Positions 1 to 13,560 are shown, numbered from the stretch's first letter. The stretch: 64,000 nucleotides of DNA from Macrostomum lignano (GCA_002269645.1 NIVC01000662.1:1-64000); one strand, 5' to 3'. The notes: generated from the sequence alone by a model not told the origin. Numbers and translations: made by a program.

Positions 1-1009
1 AAATTCGAAAGATTAAAGAGAAAAGAGAGATAGATAGGTCAAGAAACGACCGTTGGGCTGGTAAATTTCACTGACAAGACGGCGGCCGAACCGCTGTTCC
101 GTATTCGTGCCTGGATAGGCAACATTAGGGGGGCTATGGTTAGCGAATGTCAGTTATCCCGATGGGGCAGGGGAGATTTACCTGCGTCATGTGACGCCGC
201 AGCGTCAGTCAACCGACGGGTCGCGACTACCGCCGGCCCAGCTTCAAGTAGAAAAAATGACGAATATCGCTTTATCCTATTTCTTCGTCCAATATCCCAC
301 AGGCTCATCCTCTCTATTATAACCTTATTCTGTCCTCCGCTCAGACTACAGGCGGCGGGCCTTGTTTTCTGTCGCGCGGACCAGAAAATTTCTCGCTTTG
401 TAACGCGGCTCGACTCTTAAAAAAAGGCGATTTTAGCGCCAAGGATATGCACTTTAAATAGGGGGACAGGCCTGGAAGCTGCTTCTTTGCAAAGCCAATT
501 TTTCATGGGAAAAAAGTGGTAGAAGCTGGGATGGGTGGACTGGATGAAAACAAACGTGTGACGCATTTGTTTTAATCTCAACAACACCGTCAGATATTGT
601 AAAGAAGTCTAATTTTCATAGAAATTTTATGATTTTAGAAGTCGCCTTCTAAAGAACACAAAAAATCTCGTGGAAGTTTATAATGCGAAGATTAAAAACG
701 GACTGATTGCATGGTAAGCCACTGTTCAGGATTTGGCACGAATTTGAAATCCATGATAGTTCATAGTTTGGCGCGAATTTAAAATCTGCGATGCTTATAT
801 TTCATAGTCTACGTCAAAATAAGCTTGATGCGAATTTTATCTAATTAGTTCCCAGACATTTTTTCTAATTTACTTGTTTTTGTGGCAAAACTCCTGTACT
901 TGCGTGCATCTTCAAATCATCCCTGTTTACAATCAATTTGAAAAAATTCGCGAAGTGCTACTTTCCCAATTGTCGCATGCACGGCAAAGCCAGTCTCAGT
1001 TTATCTCAC

Positions 1010-1203
1010 CGAGTCGTGGCTAGAGTGTACAGCAGCTGCCTGTCCATCGCGTCTTGAATGTCGATCACCTTCCGGTGTTGCAGCACCGTCTGAGTCAGTC
1101 CCAGCGGCAGCTGCGAGCGACCAGCAGACAGCCGTGCTGGCGAGTCCAGCAGCAGTAGCAACGGCAACAGCAATTGAAACATTGGCGGTAGAGTGGCTTT
1201 CAT
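1010..1203 (-). CDS. Probable first coding exon of a secreted or membrane protein; rest of gene lies left of or outside the recognisable sequence
   Basis: ATG at 1203 gives MKATLPPMFQLLLPLLLLLDSPARLSAG..., a signal-peptide-like N-terminus with GC-rich codons like the other exons. The reading ends at a donor ACTCG|GTGAGA (intron starts 1009, phase 2). No downstream exon identified; family not recognised. Confidence 0.5.
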
Positions 1204-1785
1204 GTCTGCAGTCTGTCTGTGCAGTGTAGTCTGGCCACCAGCTTTGGCGAGGCGCGGAGGTAGCTGCTATCTGCGAACAGAAAGCGGGAATCGCGGATGC
1301 GGGAGTAACGCGGTATTAAGGGGTTCCGCCCCGGTAATTATCCGCCGGCCTGTCGGGCCTCAGCCAATGAGACAAAGACGCGGCCGACTGGACCGGTTAG
1401 GATTGGGAACCATGGGAAATGGGAACTTGCCTTCCCAGCGCGTCCGTGCGAGCGGCAACAAGATTGCGCTGCAAGATAATTGCACCGTCTGATCGGCGCA
1501 AGAAGTCTGCGGCTTTGCTGGCGTGTTGAGGGCGAGGGCGAAATGCGAATTGGGGGGCATACATGCAGAGCTGGAGAGCATTACTATTCATGGCGTACAC
1601 GGCGTAGAGGCTCATAGAAGTACCGAGGAGTCATAGGCCAGCAGACAACTGGAGTACCAGTATGCATTTCTTAAACAGCCGGTAGTTTTAATGTCCCGGC
1701 ATTAACGTGAAACTTGTGTTAACTCGGCTAATGCTAACACGTATTTTTATTAGAGGCAGAGGGCTGTGTACTTTACCCTGGCGCA

Positions 1786-2128
1786 CTTTAAACGACATTG
1801 TCTCACAACCGGCGAGAGGCATTACTGCCCATTCCGCCGACTCCCCTGAACAGGTACACAAGCGCGCGGATACGTACGCAGTCATACGACAGGTACACAC
1901 TCACACATGAGTGTACAGCGGCCCTAACTTTATTTATCGTTAGGCATGTACACTTCACTGTGCCTTGGGGGCTGGCTCTCCTTTGCGAGGTTGGCCGTTA
2001 ATTGCACGAGCAGAGCCAAGCCGAGTTTCCAATTCAGCCCCAAATTAATGTGACTGCCTGCACTGGGAATCGAGCCTGGGCCGCTGGCACATCAAAGCGC
2101 CGCGCCAGACCACCGGGCTACGGCCCCC
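1786..2128 (-). mobile_element. tRNA-derived SINE, family A copy 1
   Basis: Minus-strand 5' end GGGGGCCGTAGCCCGGTGGTCTGG...GGCTCGATTCCC has Pol III A-box and B-box-like motifs. The ~340-bp body aligns by eye with an inverted copy at 59593-59903. Confidence 0.8.
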
Positions 2129-4662
2129 TTCTACACTGGAATTAGTCATGTAATTTATTGACTATTATAATGCATAAGCTTCATATAACACTATCGCATT
2201 CGAAGAGCAAATAATTATTCCTTTCCACATTCTTTCCCATCCAGTATTTTATCCGATATAGCAAAAACTGCCAGATTTCCAACCAGATAAGAGCCCCGAC
2301 CGACCCGGCAACCGGGCGGAGATCTTTAAAAAAAGCGGGACCTCCTGCATGCAGCCACCCATCGGCCCCATCCGCATCTTGGCAGCGGGCGAGACGTCGT
2401 TTCTGCGCAGCATCGTCGCAGAGAGTTTTAGTCATAATTGCCCATCTGCTGCGGCCGCTGTCTAACTGGCGGGGGTGCATAAAAGAAAAGAGATGGGGCA
2501 GGGGGGGGCAGAGCCGCAACTGGTTGATTTGTCCTTGCGGCCGGCTCCGCCTTTTTCTGTTGTCAGAAAACGCCGCCTCGTATTACTTAACCCCCCCCCC
2601 GACCACCCTCCAAGGTCGTGGCCGTGTTTATCCCCGGATCGGCAGGGCGAGGAGAAAGATCGCTAGAGAGGGAGGGAAAGGTAGGATAAGTGCGAAACTG
2701 CGCTCTGGGTCAAATTCGTGTGCGCCTGCATGACTCAGCCTGTGACACCTAGAAACCCTTTTAAAGAATCATTCAACAGAAAAAAACTGTTCTGCTTTTT
2801 AACCTTTCCCTGTAAAAAGCGGGGTAAGTTGGTTCACATGTACTTGCTAGTTAAACAGCGCTACCAGCTACAAACGATTTGGTTAAACAGGGTCACAGGG
2901 TCACAGAAAGTCCAACCCTTTAAGCCCCCAGAAAGTTCATAAAGAACAGCAGCAGACCGTCGGTTCTTAAGATACGCTCGTACGTGTAGCAACCACAGGT
3001 TGTATTTGGTTAAATGCAAACTTTCCCTGCAGCCGAAATCCCGCCCCAGGGACAGGCCCTAAAAAATTAGTTATCATTTGTTTTGCTACGATTTTTGACC
3101 TCTTCTAAAGTTAGGTTGGAAGGCCAAAATTTATAGACCCTCGGCCTCAGCTGAAGGCAGCGCGGGAAGTAGCGGGACCCGCCAGGCCGAACACCAATGT
3201 AAACCGGCCTGATGTAGGCAGTGGGCGCGGCATAGGAAGATCAGAAGGGAATTGGAAGGTCAAGACTGATGAAGGGGATCTGAGAGGAGAGAGAAAAATA
3301 ACGAGCAAGGAGATACACAGACTTGGCTGGGATACCTGGGGGGATTAGGGAGATGATGGGTGGAAAAATAGCTGACTGGAAAAGCCCCCATGCCAGGGTC
3401 AGCTTCACTCTATAATCCCCAAGGTGCCGCGATTTTCAAGATATTACGGACTGAGGAAGGTTGTATTTATAAGATCTGCCAGATCCCTATAATTGAACTC
3501 GTTGATTGCAGGGGTGTAGCCATAATTTTTCACTGCATGGGGAGGCCACATCTCAGATACATGTAGGGACGCCAAAGCTACTGCAAGGGGGCGCCATATT
3601 ACTTTTTTCCAGCCGATTGTAGGGGAGGAGGGGGCCTTGACCCGGTTGATCGCCTCCATCATCAGCCTTACATCAGCTCGCCTCCCTGCGATCCGCTCCG
3701 CAGTTGTCACCGCCGCACAAGCTCCCCCGCGGCACCTCCCGCTACTATACCCGCCACAAACGCCGTTTTTCTAACCCGACTGCTGCATCGAAACGAAAAT
3801 CTTTCCTCCTGCCAACACCCATTGGCCATGTCCACCGACCCCCGCACCGCCAAATTTGGACTCCAAACTTTAAATAGGCGGTTAAAGGCCTCGTAAGACA
3901 AACTTTCTGCTGATGAAATCTCCAAATCTTCGCCAGGAAGACGCAAGTCATCAGTAAAACGCCATCATGCAGTTGGCCCCGCTCGATCCACTTCAAATAA
4001 ATGCGAATCAGCAATCAGCGTCGGCACGATCTAATCCCGCCAACCCTGACCCGCTGACGAGATTTAACTGTCCATCAGCACTGGAATGAAAGGATTAGTC
4101 TAACCCTGCGGTCACATGATGCATCTGCTGGAGTAGACAAAAAATAGCGTTTCTAACAGAGACCTCGCCCTACTGGGCCCATGAAAGATGCTCTTATATT
4201 TAAAAAAAGATAATGACCGTCCGTTGTTTAAAGTAACAAGCAGCTCTCTTGCAAAAACTCTTGTGCAAACCACGGCCCCCATTCTGCTATTTTATCTGCT
4301 ATTTTAATGCTGATAGCGTTTTATGTCGAATTTGATGACCGTTTTTGGGCCGGTCTATTGTTTGCATTGAACAAGCCAGGGTCATTAAGCTCCTGTTTGA
4401 TTTGTCTCCCCAACAGGCGTAGCGAAGTAGTTCGTACACGAAAATCCGCAAAGCTCTTGAATGGCAAAATAAATGTACCGCTTAGCGAATACAAGTCACA
4501 GAGTACAAATGACAAAGCAAAACAAACACGCCAAAGTTCAACTGGGTGCAACTCAGAAACGACGGCACACGGATAGACGAGATTCGTCTGGAAGATGACT
4601 CAAAGAGTCTCACATTCTTTAATGAGACTTAGGATTATTCAACCATTGATATGTTGCTCGTC

Positions 4663-5066
4663 AACGAGACCAATCAAGAGATGGATGAATCTTGTGCTCA
4701 CAGAGACCAATCAAGAGATGCATATTTCGCTCACAGAGACCAATCAAGAGATGCATATTTTGCTCATTAACGAGACCAATCAAGAGATGGATGAATCTTG
4801 TGCTCACAGAGACCAATCAAGAGATGCATATTTCGCTCACAGAGACCAATCAAGAGATGCATATTTCGCTCACAGAGACCAATCAAGTGTTGCATATTGT
4901 GCTCACTAACGAGATCAATCAAGAGATAACTCTACCATCAATGTGCTCACCGAAGAGACAAAAGAGATGCACTATAATGGCTCAGATATCGGATGAAGGA
5001 TACCAAACCAGAGAGATGGATGACTCAATCATCGCTAAGGTGCAAATCGACGAGAATAACCAATGA
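4663..5066. repeat. 33-bp minisatellite (CACAGAGACCAATCAAGAGATGCATATTTCGCT), degenerating rightwards
   Basis: Direct tandem copies visible; explains the periodic ORFs at 4595 and 4692. Confidence 0.85.
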
Positions 5067-5445
5067 GACGATGACTCCAGAATCTCTGTTTTAGACGATT
5101 GATTTTAATTTTGAAAAAAATAGTGAAGAACTAGTTTCTAACTGCAACGAATTCGTTTGAGCTCAAAAAATTGTGCTCACAAGTCCGCCAAAGCGACAAA
5201 AGCAACAACGGTCTGCCTTGCTACTTGCAGCAGCCAATGCAAAGCCTATCAATTTATTCAGCCACACAGTTTAGTTATATCGAAGCACGAGTAGACTTAA
5301 GACAAGGATTAGGCCGGCTAGGAGAAGCGCATCAATTAAGGGCAACGTTTAAAATGCTCAAGCCGAAACATATTTTGCCAGGTTTTCGACAAACACAAAC
5401 TACTTTAAGTAGTCGAATAGAAAAAAATGGCCTTTTTGATGCTTG

Positions 5446-6567
5446 TCAAACTAGTAGCACGGCATTGATGCAGCCGTCATTCTCCGGACAGTTAGTCACC
5501 TGGGCGTATTTCCCCCAAACAACTTTGCCGGACTGCGTCACCAGGCCCAGATCGCTGACGTTCACCTCGATCACCGTGCCCTTAGTGATGATGCCCAGGC
5601 TGGTGTACAGAGACGATGTTGGATTCTTTTTCACGCCCAGCAACGGCAGCTGGAACGTGGCTTTGAGCTCCGGATGAGTCACGTGAGCGACCTTGAAGCG
5701 CAGTCCGGTTGGCCGAATAAATCGCTCATATTTCGGCGGCTTCCTAGTGAAACCGTCAGGCACAAATGTCACCTTGGTAACCATCCGCTTCCAGGCTTTG
5801 CGCTTGGATTTGCCGCTGCGCAGAGCGCGGAACGCCTCCGCCTCGGACGTGGCGCGGACCTTCGGGATCGGCACGTCCCACTTGCCTGCGGATTAGAGGG
5901 GTTCCAATTGTGTAGGTGCGCTTCCCCCGTATGGGGTTGGGGATTAGGGGTTGCAATTGATATGGGGAATATCTGGTGTGGGATCAAGGAGTAACTATCC
6001 ACTCCACTAACCCAAGGAGTGACTGATGAGGGGATCAAGGAGTGGCTGATGTGGGGATCAGAGAGTGTGGCTGACATGGGAGTCAGGGAGTGGCTGATGT
6101 GGGGATCAGAGAGCGGCTGATGTGGGGATCAGAGAGTGTGGCTGATATGGGAGTCAGGGAGTGGCTGACATGGGATTCAAGGAGTGGCTGATGTGGGGGA
6201 TCACAAAAAAGCATTACTCACCTGCTTTCTCCTTTCGCTTCTGCTTGAGCATGTTAGACAGCACCTTGGCCCTGGTCTGGTCCTCCCTATCCAGCAGGTA
6301 GACAGGCTTGGCGCCCTCCGGAACCTCCTGATCGTCGGCTCGCTGCCGCGTGTCCCGCTGATCGTGCGCACGCAGCGTCTTCTTCATCTGCACTTTCTCC
6401 TTGTGCCGCTCCTTGTTGTACAGCTTGGCCTTGAGTCCACGCAGAGTTCGCGCCTTCTTAGACCGCAGCCGGCCCTGTCTGGCCTCCTTCTTGCGCTGCT
6501 TCTCATCGTGATCGAACCGACGGCCGTGCCGCTTCCGGTGCAGCTCGATGTGCTCGTTCTGAGGCAT
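5446..6567 (-). CDS. NSA2: Ribosome biogenesis protein NSA2 homolog (2 exons, 261 aa)
   Basis: Exons 6567-6222 and 5885-5446, phase-1 intron (GCAG|GTGAGT ... CCGCAG|GC). Starts [20 protein letters not shown] and ends [22 protein letters not shown], the characteristic NSA2 termini. Confidence 0.97.
6010..6205. repeat. Degenerate ~22-25-bp minisatellite (GAGTGGCTGATGTGGGGATCA core) in the NSA2 intron
   Basis: Tandem imperfect copies ending ~15 nt from the donor. Confidence 0.75.
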
Positions 6568-6689
6568 GCAAATATTAAAAATTACAAACTACTTATAGTA
6601 GAAAACCGATTTGAAAACTAAATTTCTAAATCGTGTGCTAGATTCCCGAGACTGAAGATAAATAATGAGTCCCTGTAGGCCTTAAACTA

Positions 6690-6950
6690 TTAAAATTACT
6701 CCAAGGACTCCTTTCTAAAAATCTACTGGACTAGAAGTCCAATTGGGTCAGCCAAGGAGTCCTTTCTAGAAGTCAACTGGACTGGGAGCCTATCAGAGAA
6801 ATCCAAGGACTCTTTCGATCTAAAAATCTACTGGACTGGAAGTCCAATCGGGTCAGCCAAGGGCTCCTTTCTAGAAGTCAACTGGACTGGAAACCTATCA
6901 GGTAAAACCAAGGACTCTTTTCTAAGAGCATACTGGACTGGAACACTAGG
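6690..6950. repeat. Degenerate ~55-bp tandem repeat (CCAAGGACTCCTTTCTA...ACTGGACT) upstream of the NSA2 ATG
   Basis: Four to five diverged copies of the CCAAGG...TCTA...ACTGGACT motif; probably inside a 5'-UTR intron. Confidence 0.6.
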
Positions 6951-7113
6951 AAAATAGAAGCAGCAATTTTACCTTTAAAAAGCACAAATCTTAAAACATT
7001 TTTAAACTAGGAAAATTCAATTCAACAATGAAACAATCATATTCGGCTTTTATTTCATATCAATTCATAGCTAAACAAAAAATTTAACAAGAAAAGGTTG
7101 CGGTACGATTTAC

Positions 7114-7180
7114 CTTGTCCAGAACGCGAACACAGTAAAAAACACATTTCTTGTCGAAAATGAATAAGCAGCTTTAAGAC
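7114..7180 (-). other. Possible non-coding 5'-UTR exon of NSA2
   Basis: Minus-strand donor GGACAAG|GTAAAT at 7114/7113; candidate acceptors TCTTCAG (6652) or CTATAAG (6592) upstream of the ATG. The exon 5' end is not defined. Confidence 0.3.
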
Positions 7181-7643
7181 CAGTGGATACCTATAGTAGC
7201 ATATGGACTGGAACACTGGGCTGGGAGCGGCATAATTTATTAAACTCAAATCAGCGCTATAATGAGAGCGAGCAGCAATTTGATAGGCTAACTATTATCG
7301 ATACACTATATAATTTACTAATCGCCAAATGGTTTCAATTAAAAACACAGCATGAGCTAAGCTGTCAATCAAAGCCAGGGGAATCTAATGGAGCAAAGTG
7401 AAAACACGCACACAAAATAATGGCAATCTTTCGTAGTTTGCTTTAACTGGTTTTCTTATAAATTCATTCTTCGTCACAATTTAAACTCGCGCCGAGATAA
7501 ACTCCAGCTGTCGTTAAATACGTAAGACGCAATTGAGCCCCAAAAAAGATTGCCATAATATAGAATTCTCATTGGATTAACACAGCCCCGCTCCTAAAAG
7601 GCTCTCCAGTTCAAACACCAACTTGGCTGCGCAATCAATCAGT

Positions 7644-9487
7644 CTACTTCACCAGACCCTTCTCGCGAAGCTTGCCAACGAGGTCTTCCACTGATTCAAC
7701 TTTGGCGCCAGCTTTGCGCACCGGCGGGTCCTCGACGCTGATCACCTCCTGGCGGGGCTGCAGATCCACGCCGAGCTGGTCGGGGGACATCTTGGCTAGC
7801 GGCTTCTTCTTCGCCTTCATGATGTTCGGCAGGGTTGCGTAGCGGGGCTCGTTCAGCCGCAGGTCGCTAGTCACGACGGCCGGGACCGACACATCGATGG
7901 TCTCCAGGCCGCCGTCCACCTCGCGGGTCACCCGGAGCTGCTTAGAGTCCTGCGGAGGGTATTGATGGGCAATGGAGAGTCAGTGATGGCAATGGAGAGT
8001 CAGTGATGGGAAATGGAGAGTCAGTGAAGGCAATGGAGAGTCAGTGATGGGCAACGGTGAGTCAGTGATGGCAATGGAGAGTCAGTGATGGCAATGGAGA
8101 GTCAGTGATGGCAATGGAGAGTCAGTGATGGAAATGGAGAGTCAGTGATGGGAAACGGAGAGTCAGTGATGTGCGATGGAGAGTCAGTGATGGGAAATGG
8201 AGAGTCAGTGATGGCAATGGAGAGTCAGTGATGTGCGATGGAGAGTCAGTGATGGAAATGGAGAGTCAGTGAAGGCAATGGAGAGTCAGTGATGGCAATG
8301 GAGAGTCAGTGATGGAAATGGAGAGTCAGTGAAGGCAATGGAGAGTCAGTGATGGCAATGGAGAGTCAGTGATGGAAATGGAGAGTCAGTGAAGGCAATG
8401 GAGAGTCTGATGGGAAATGGAGAGTCAGTGAAGGCAATGGAGAGTCAGTGATGGGAAATGGAGAGTCAGTGATGGGAAACGGAGAGTCAGTGATGTGCGA
8501 TGGAGGGTCAGTGATGGGAAATGGAGAGTCAGTGATGGCAATGGAGAGTCAGTGATGGCAACGGCGAGTCAGTGATGGCGATTGAGAGTCAGTGATGGGC
8601 AATGGAGAGTCAGTGATGGCAATGGAGAGATAAGATACGATCTATAACAGAGTCGATTAGATCTATAAGAGAATCGATGAGATCTATCATCGATGAGATC
8701 TATAAGAGAATCGAAGAGATCTATCAGAGTATCGAAGAGATCTATCAGAGAATCGAAGAGATCCATGAGAGAATCGAAGAGATCTATAAGAGAATCGAAG
8801 AGATCTATCAGAGTATCGAAGAGATCTATCAGAGAATCGAAGAGATCTATCAGAGAATCGAAGAGTTCTATCAGAGAATCGAAGAGATCTATCAGAGAAT
8901 CGAAGAGATCTATCAGAGAATCGAAGAGATCTATCAGAGAATCGAAGAGATCTATCAGAGAATCGAAGAGATCTATCAGAGAATCGATAGAGGTAACAAT
9001 CGCTAACCTGGCTAGGCTCAATCTTGGAGGCGAAGGTGGCTTGAGGCCAGTCAAGCAGGGCAGCCAGCATCTGGCCAGTCTGGTTGCAATCGTCATCAAT
9101 AGCCTGCTTGCCAAGGATGACTAAATCCGGTTTCTCTGATTCGCACACTTTGGCCAATAGCTTTGACACGTGAATTGGCTGCAGTTTCTCTAATTGGGCC
9201 AGCGGAATCTCAACGTGAATGGCCCGATCGATGCCCATCGCCAGTGCGGTGCGCAGAGTCTCCTGGGACTGCGGCGGGCCAACCGAGATGGCCACGGCTT
9301 CGCCAGCCAGTTTCTTCTCTTTCATGCGGACAGCCTCTTCTACAGCGATCTCGTCGAATGGGTTCATGGAGTGCTTGACGCCCTCGGTCACAACCCCAGA
9401 CCTGTCTGGTTTGACGCGAACTTTAACAGCGTAGTCAATGACTCGCTTGCAGCCAACAAGAATTTTCAGGCCTTTGCTTGCCGCCAT
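7644..9487 (-). CDS. ETFB: Electron transfer flavoprotein beta subunit (2 exons, 261 aa)
   Basis: Exons 9487-9008 and 7949-7644, phase-0 intron (CAG|GTTAGC ... CCGCAG|GAC). Motifs [44 protein letters not shown] and [22 protein letters not shown]. Confidence 0.97.
7963..8630. repeat. 20-21-bp minisatellite (GGAGAGTCAGTGATGGCAAT), 3' half of the ETFB intron
   Basis: About 30 tandem copies ending ~13 nt from the acceptor. Confidence 0.95.
8660..8990. repeat. 21-bp minisatellite (AGAGAATCGAAGAGATCTATC), 5' half of the ETFB intron
   Basis: About 15 near-perfect copies starting ~17 nt after the donor; source of the IEEIYQR / RFSDRSL ORFs. Confidence 0.95.
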
Positions 9488-12210
9488 GTCTGCTTTGTTG
9501 ATAATATGAATATACTTGGCATGCATAAGGCCAATTCAATAGTAATGTTAGAGCCTGGGTTTCAAGTGTCAGCATTGCAGTGCATGCAGTGCATCAGAAA
9601 AGTTCAAAATCAAACAAACCACCAACATCTCTACCCTACCCTTTACACTGCTGAGTCTCTCTGGCTGACAGAAGTGTCAAAAGTCTACAGACTTAATCTT
9701 TTACAGATTACTCCAATTTGACAAGTGATAGAAACCTTGAAATCCCAAAAGTCCTGGGTCCCAATTAGGGGAGTTCAGGTTTCCATTTTTGGTTAATTAA
9801 ACATTTATTTAATCTAATATCATATCGCAAATAGTCTATTATATTTATTATAGAAACTAGAGATAGATTGTAACTGATTTTTCAATTGAAATTTTAAGAC
9901 AAAGTTTTCTAAAATTGAAATCATTTTTTAAAATCTTCTAGTAATAGTGCATTTTAATGATGAGGCAAAGACAAAACTTAATTATTTGAAGCACAAAACT
10001 TATACTTAGATCAAAATAGTTATAAACTGCAGCTCATGGCTTAATTGACATCTTCAATATAAAAATAAAGAACAGATTAAGTCAGATGAATCAATACAAC
10101 TTATATAGTAAATTGTTAAATATGTACCAATTTGGGATATGAAATCTTGACTCTTAAGGCAATGGGATTAGGCACAAAGTCTAAACTAGTAAGATTCCAA
10201 ATAAAAATGGAGAAATAGGATGTGCAGACCTTAGATATACAGATATATAGATAGACTAGGCCTATCAAACAAATAAATAGGTAACTAGGAATAAATAAGA
10301 ACAGGGATAAGGTAGAAGGTTATTGCTTATTGATATATCAAGCACTTTGTTTATCTATTGCTTTCTTCTTTTCTATTTTCCTCCCTAACCATTTTATCTT
10401 ACATGTTTTATAGACAAAATATGTATAAAATTTGAAATTTAAAATTGGTATATTTAAATCTTTAAATAAAGTTGATTTATATATCTTATATTTGCTTATA
10501 ATTATATATTTAATATTATGTGGTAGCCAGTGGTTATAATATAAAATTGTAGATATTTATGATTCTAAGAAGATAAGAAAGACTAGAGCTCCAATTGAAA
10601 GCTATACTATTATAAGAAAGACAACCTAGCTAGCTATTGCTAATTGTATATCTAATTGTGATTAAAATAGCCAATATTGAATAAACAAGGATAATTGCAA
10701 TGTTTCTATATATTTAATAGACCTAATTTATTATAACCTAATATTAATAACCTAATAATGGATAATATTAAGCTATAGCTTGTTTCTTATTATTGTTGTT
10801 TTATCTATACTAAAAATTATTGATCTAGATAGGTAGATAAGTAGGTAGGTAGGACTATATGATTGATTTTAGCAAAAATAGCAATTTGTGACAGAGAGTG
10901 TACTCCACCCTAGACAGTCTGTCCCCAGCGTCTAGTGCACTGTCTTGGTAGACATCATGCGCAACCTCCAAAATTCGGTCAGCCATGCGACTTAGTTTTA
11001 ACAAAAATGCGACATAGTTTTTGGCCAAAAATGTGACATGTAAAAAACCCTAGCATAAGTAGCGTAAAGCAAAATTAATGCTACTTTGGGTAAACGGCAG
11101 GAGTAACTATGATTGTCTTATTAAGTCAAAATGCCTCATCAGCTACTTAGTACTACTACTTGGGTATTATTTTGGTTGGGCATTTTTGCGACTTCCTTGT
11201 TTGGCCACCAAATTGGTTGGCTGGATCGGCTGACTTGGCCAACTGTTGCACATGTATATTGGTAGAAATGCACTATCTATCTCTATGCAGCGTGGGCCAA
11301 GCCCCAATTGATTGGTTCAACCTCTGTAAGATCTGCATGTCTGGAAGCTGGGGAGGGGGGGACAAAGACTCATATTGCACTGGCCTACTATAAGGCTCTT
11401 TGTATCCCCATTCCATGCTTTATCATTTTTCCACTCTGCAAAATATACTTGCTCTGCGTGCAATACATAGCAAGTTTTGTCACTAGCTACAAATTACTAT
11501 ATTAGGCCTAGCTAAAGCTTTGCTATAGCTATAGTATAGGCCTAGTATTATATTGCTATCTAGACTATTATGCATTCCAAACTCTGCATACAGCATGGCT
11601 ACATATACAATATCTAGCTGCCTTTCCAAGGCATCTATCAGGGTTCTATGTCTTAATGTTATATAATAATAGTTATAATGGAATTTACCAGCTAAGCTAC
11701 AAATATAAATATAGGAAACATTAATATTAGCTTGAAAATTATGTTTCTAAAATGAGTTAAAGTTATATATATCATTTCAATAACAATTATTACTAATAAA
11801 AAATCAATAGCATATTTAGGAATAAAGGCTAAAAGCATCCTTATAAAATATAAGTTTTAGTTTGACTTTATAATTTTTGTATATTGCTAGGCCCTATTTT
11901 ATATTTTATTTAAATCAATCAATCAAAAGCAAAGATACAATTTGGTAGGCTTAGGCCTAATCTATCTATGTCCCTTCAAAACTTTTTTAGATCTATGCTT
12001 ATATAATAAAAATAAGGAAATATATAGACCTAGGGCCTAGGCTTACCTTACTCTTAATTTAGAGCTATGGCCATCTTGGATTATTGGTATATGGCCATGG
12101 CTATCTTTGTCATGTGCCTAATAATAACATTGATTATGCCTAAATATAAATTAAAACAATATTGCAATTTGGCCTATGCAATTATGGGTAACTAATAACT
12201 AATAATAATA

Positions 12211-13560
12211 CTTCGCCTGTCTGGAAAGTTGTGAGAATGTGTCAGTCAAGCAAGAAAGCAGCAAGCTGATGACATGGCACACATAAAATTTCAATGATAG
12301 CCTCATAGATGTCTATGGTGAAAATTCTTGTTATTCTAGCAGCAAAATTAGGGGCAGGGGCGAGCTCAGCATAAAGTGCTCAAAAACCAATGCAACGGGG
12401 TGATCAAGCTTGAAAAATTTAAAAGAGAGTTTGTCAAAATGGAAGATTTCCAGGCTTATGCCTACGCTAGATACCGTCTTGGAATCTCTGCTATTAGTTG
12501 TTATGATGAACTACTTAAAGTTTATGGAGATGCCGCACCAGGTCAATCAACAGTTTACAGATGGTACTCAAAGTTCCGTGATGAAGCATTTCCCCTGGCC
12601 TCAGCTCCTCGGACTGGCTGGCCACGGTCAACAAGGACAATGGAACGGATCGAAACCTGCCAAGCTCTAGATGAAGAGGATTCATCAGTTAGTGTCCGAG
12701 ACCTCGCCGACTTTTTGGAAGTTGGTAAAACAACAGTGCACGAAATTTTGACCGAGGATTTGCACCTTCGAAATGTTTCTGCCGTCTGGGTTCCTCATGC
12801 TCTATCCAAGGAGAACAAGACTGCTCGCATCAATTGTGCCAAGCAAATCCACAGGCTTTTTTACAACGAGGGGGTGGAAAACTTTTGCAACAAGTACGTG
12901 GTGGAAGATGAGACGTGGGTGTACCTGAACAACACTGGCACAAAGCAAAACAACAGGTGCTGGCTTGGCCAAGGAGATCATTGGCCCCAGGTTGTCAGGC
13001 ACTCGGTCGGGAATGCAAAGACAATGCTTCTGGTTGCTTTCATTCCAAGCAAGCGCTTCTCCATTAAATCCACAGCCCCGAAGCAAACTGTTGATGCAGA
13101 TGGCTAGTTGAATTCATTCGACACACGGGAGACCTATGGCATACTCTGAGGTCAAAGCCAATTCACCTGTCGGATGTTCTTTGGCAGTGGGACAATGCGC
13201 GACCTTATGTAGCCCGTTCTGTGCAGCAGTACATGGAGTCCTGTGGATTTCAGCTGGTATTTCAGAGTCCTTACAGCCCAGACTTCAATCTGTACGACCA
13301 TTTTTTGTTCAGTTGGATGAAGACTGATTTCTCCAGGCAAGTATTCAGCAACCACAATGAAGTTCAAGAAGCTGCGTTGCAGTGGGCAAGAGGCCTTGAC
13401 AAAGATTGCTTAAAAAGAGAGGTTCAGCGACTCATTGACCATTGCCAAGTTGTAATCAATGCAAGGGAAAATTACATTACCAACTAGTGTTGTTATTGTG
13501 TTTTTGATAGTTCTAACTGATTTTTTAAATACATTCTCGCAACTTTCCGGACAGCTGAAG
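12211..13560 (+). mobile_element. Full-length mariner (Tc1/mariner, DD34D) element, 1350 bp
   Basis: 30-bp TIRs at 12211-12240 (CTTCGCCTGTCTGGAAAGTTGTGAGAATGT) and 13531-13560 match at 26/30 positions. TA flanks on both sides (12209-10, 13561-62). Encloses a transposase. Confidence 0.93.
12439..13487 (+). pseudogene. Mariner transposase with one frameshift
   Basis: HTH-type N-terminus (YRWYSKF), WVPHAL (WVPHEL-like), EDETW, then WDNARP and SPYSPDFNLYD with exactly 34 residues between the second and third Asp. Reading shifts by -1 near 13101-13106 (GATGGCTAGTTGAA). Confidence 0.9.

Noticed and set aside
3444-4014. Abutting short minus-strand ORFs that might be a decayed TE or gene
   Set aside because: No recognisable motif, splice pattern or element termini; cannot be supported without a homology search.
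6567-7644. ETFB-NSA2 as a trans-spliced operon (same strand, ~1.1 kb apart)
   Set aside because: A plausible cis donor at 7113 and promoter-like sequence at ~7430-7520 suggest NSA2 has its own 5' exon; nothing in the sequence positively supports polycistronic transcription.
8687-9007. In-frame read-through of ETFB exon 1 into an RS-rich (RFSDRSL)n tail
   Set aside because: It ends in a stop within the intron and would delete the essential C-terminal third of ETFB; a good donor exists at 9007.
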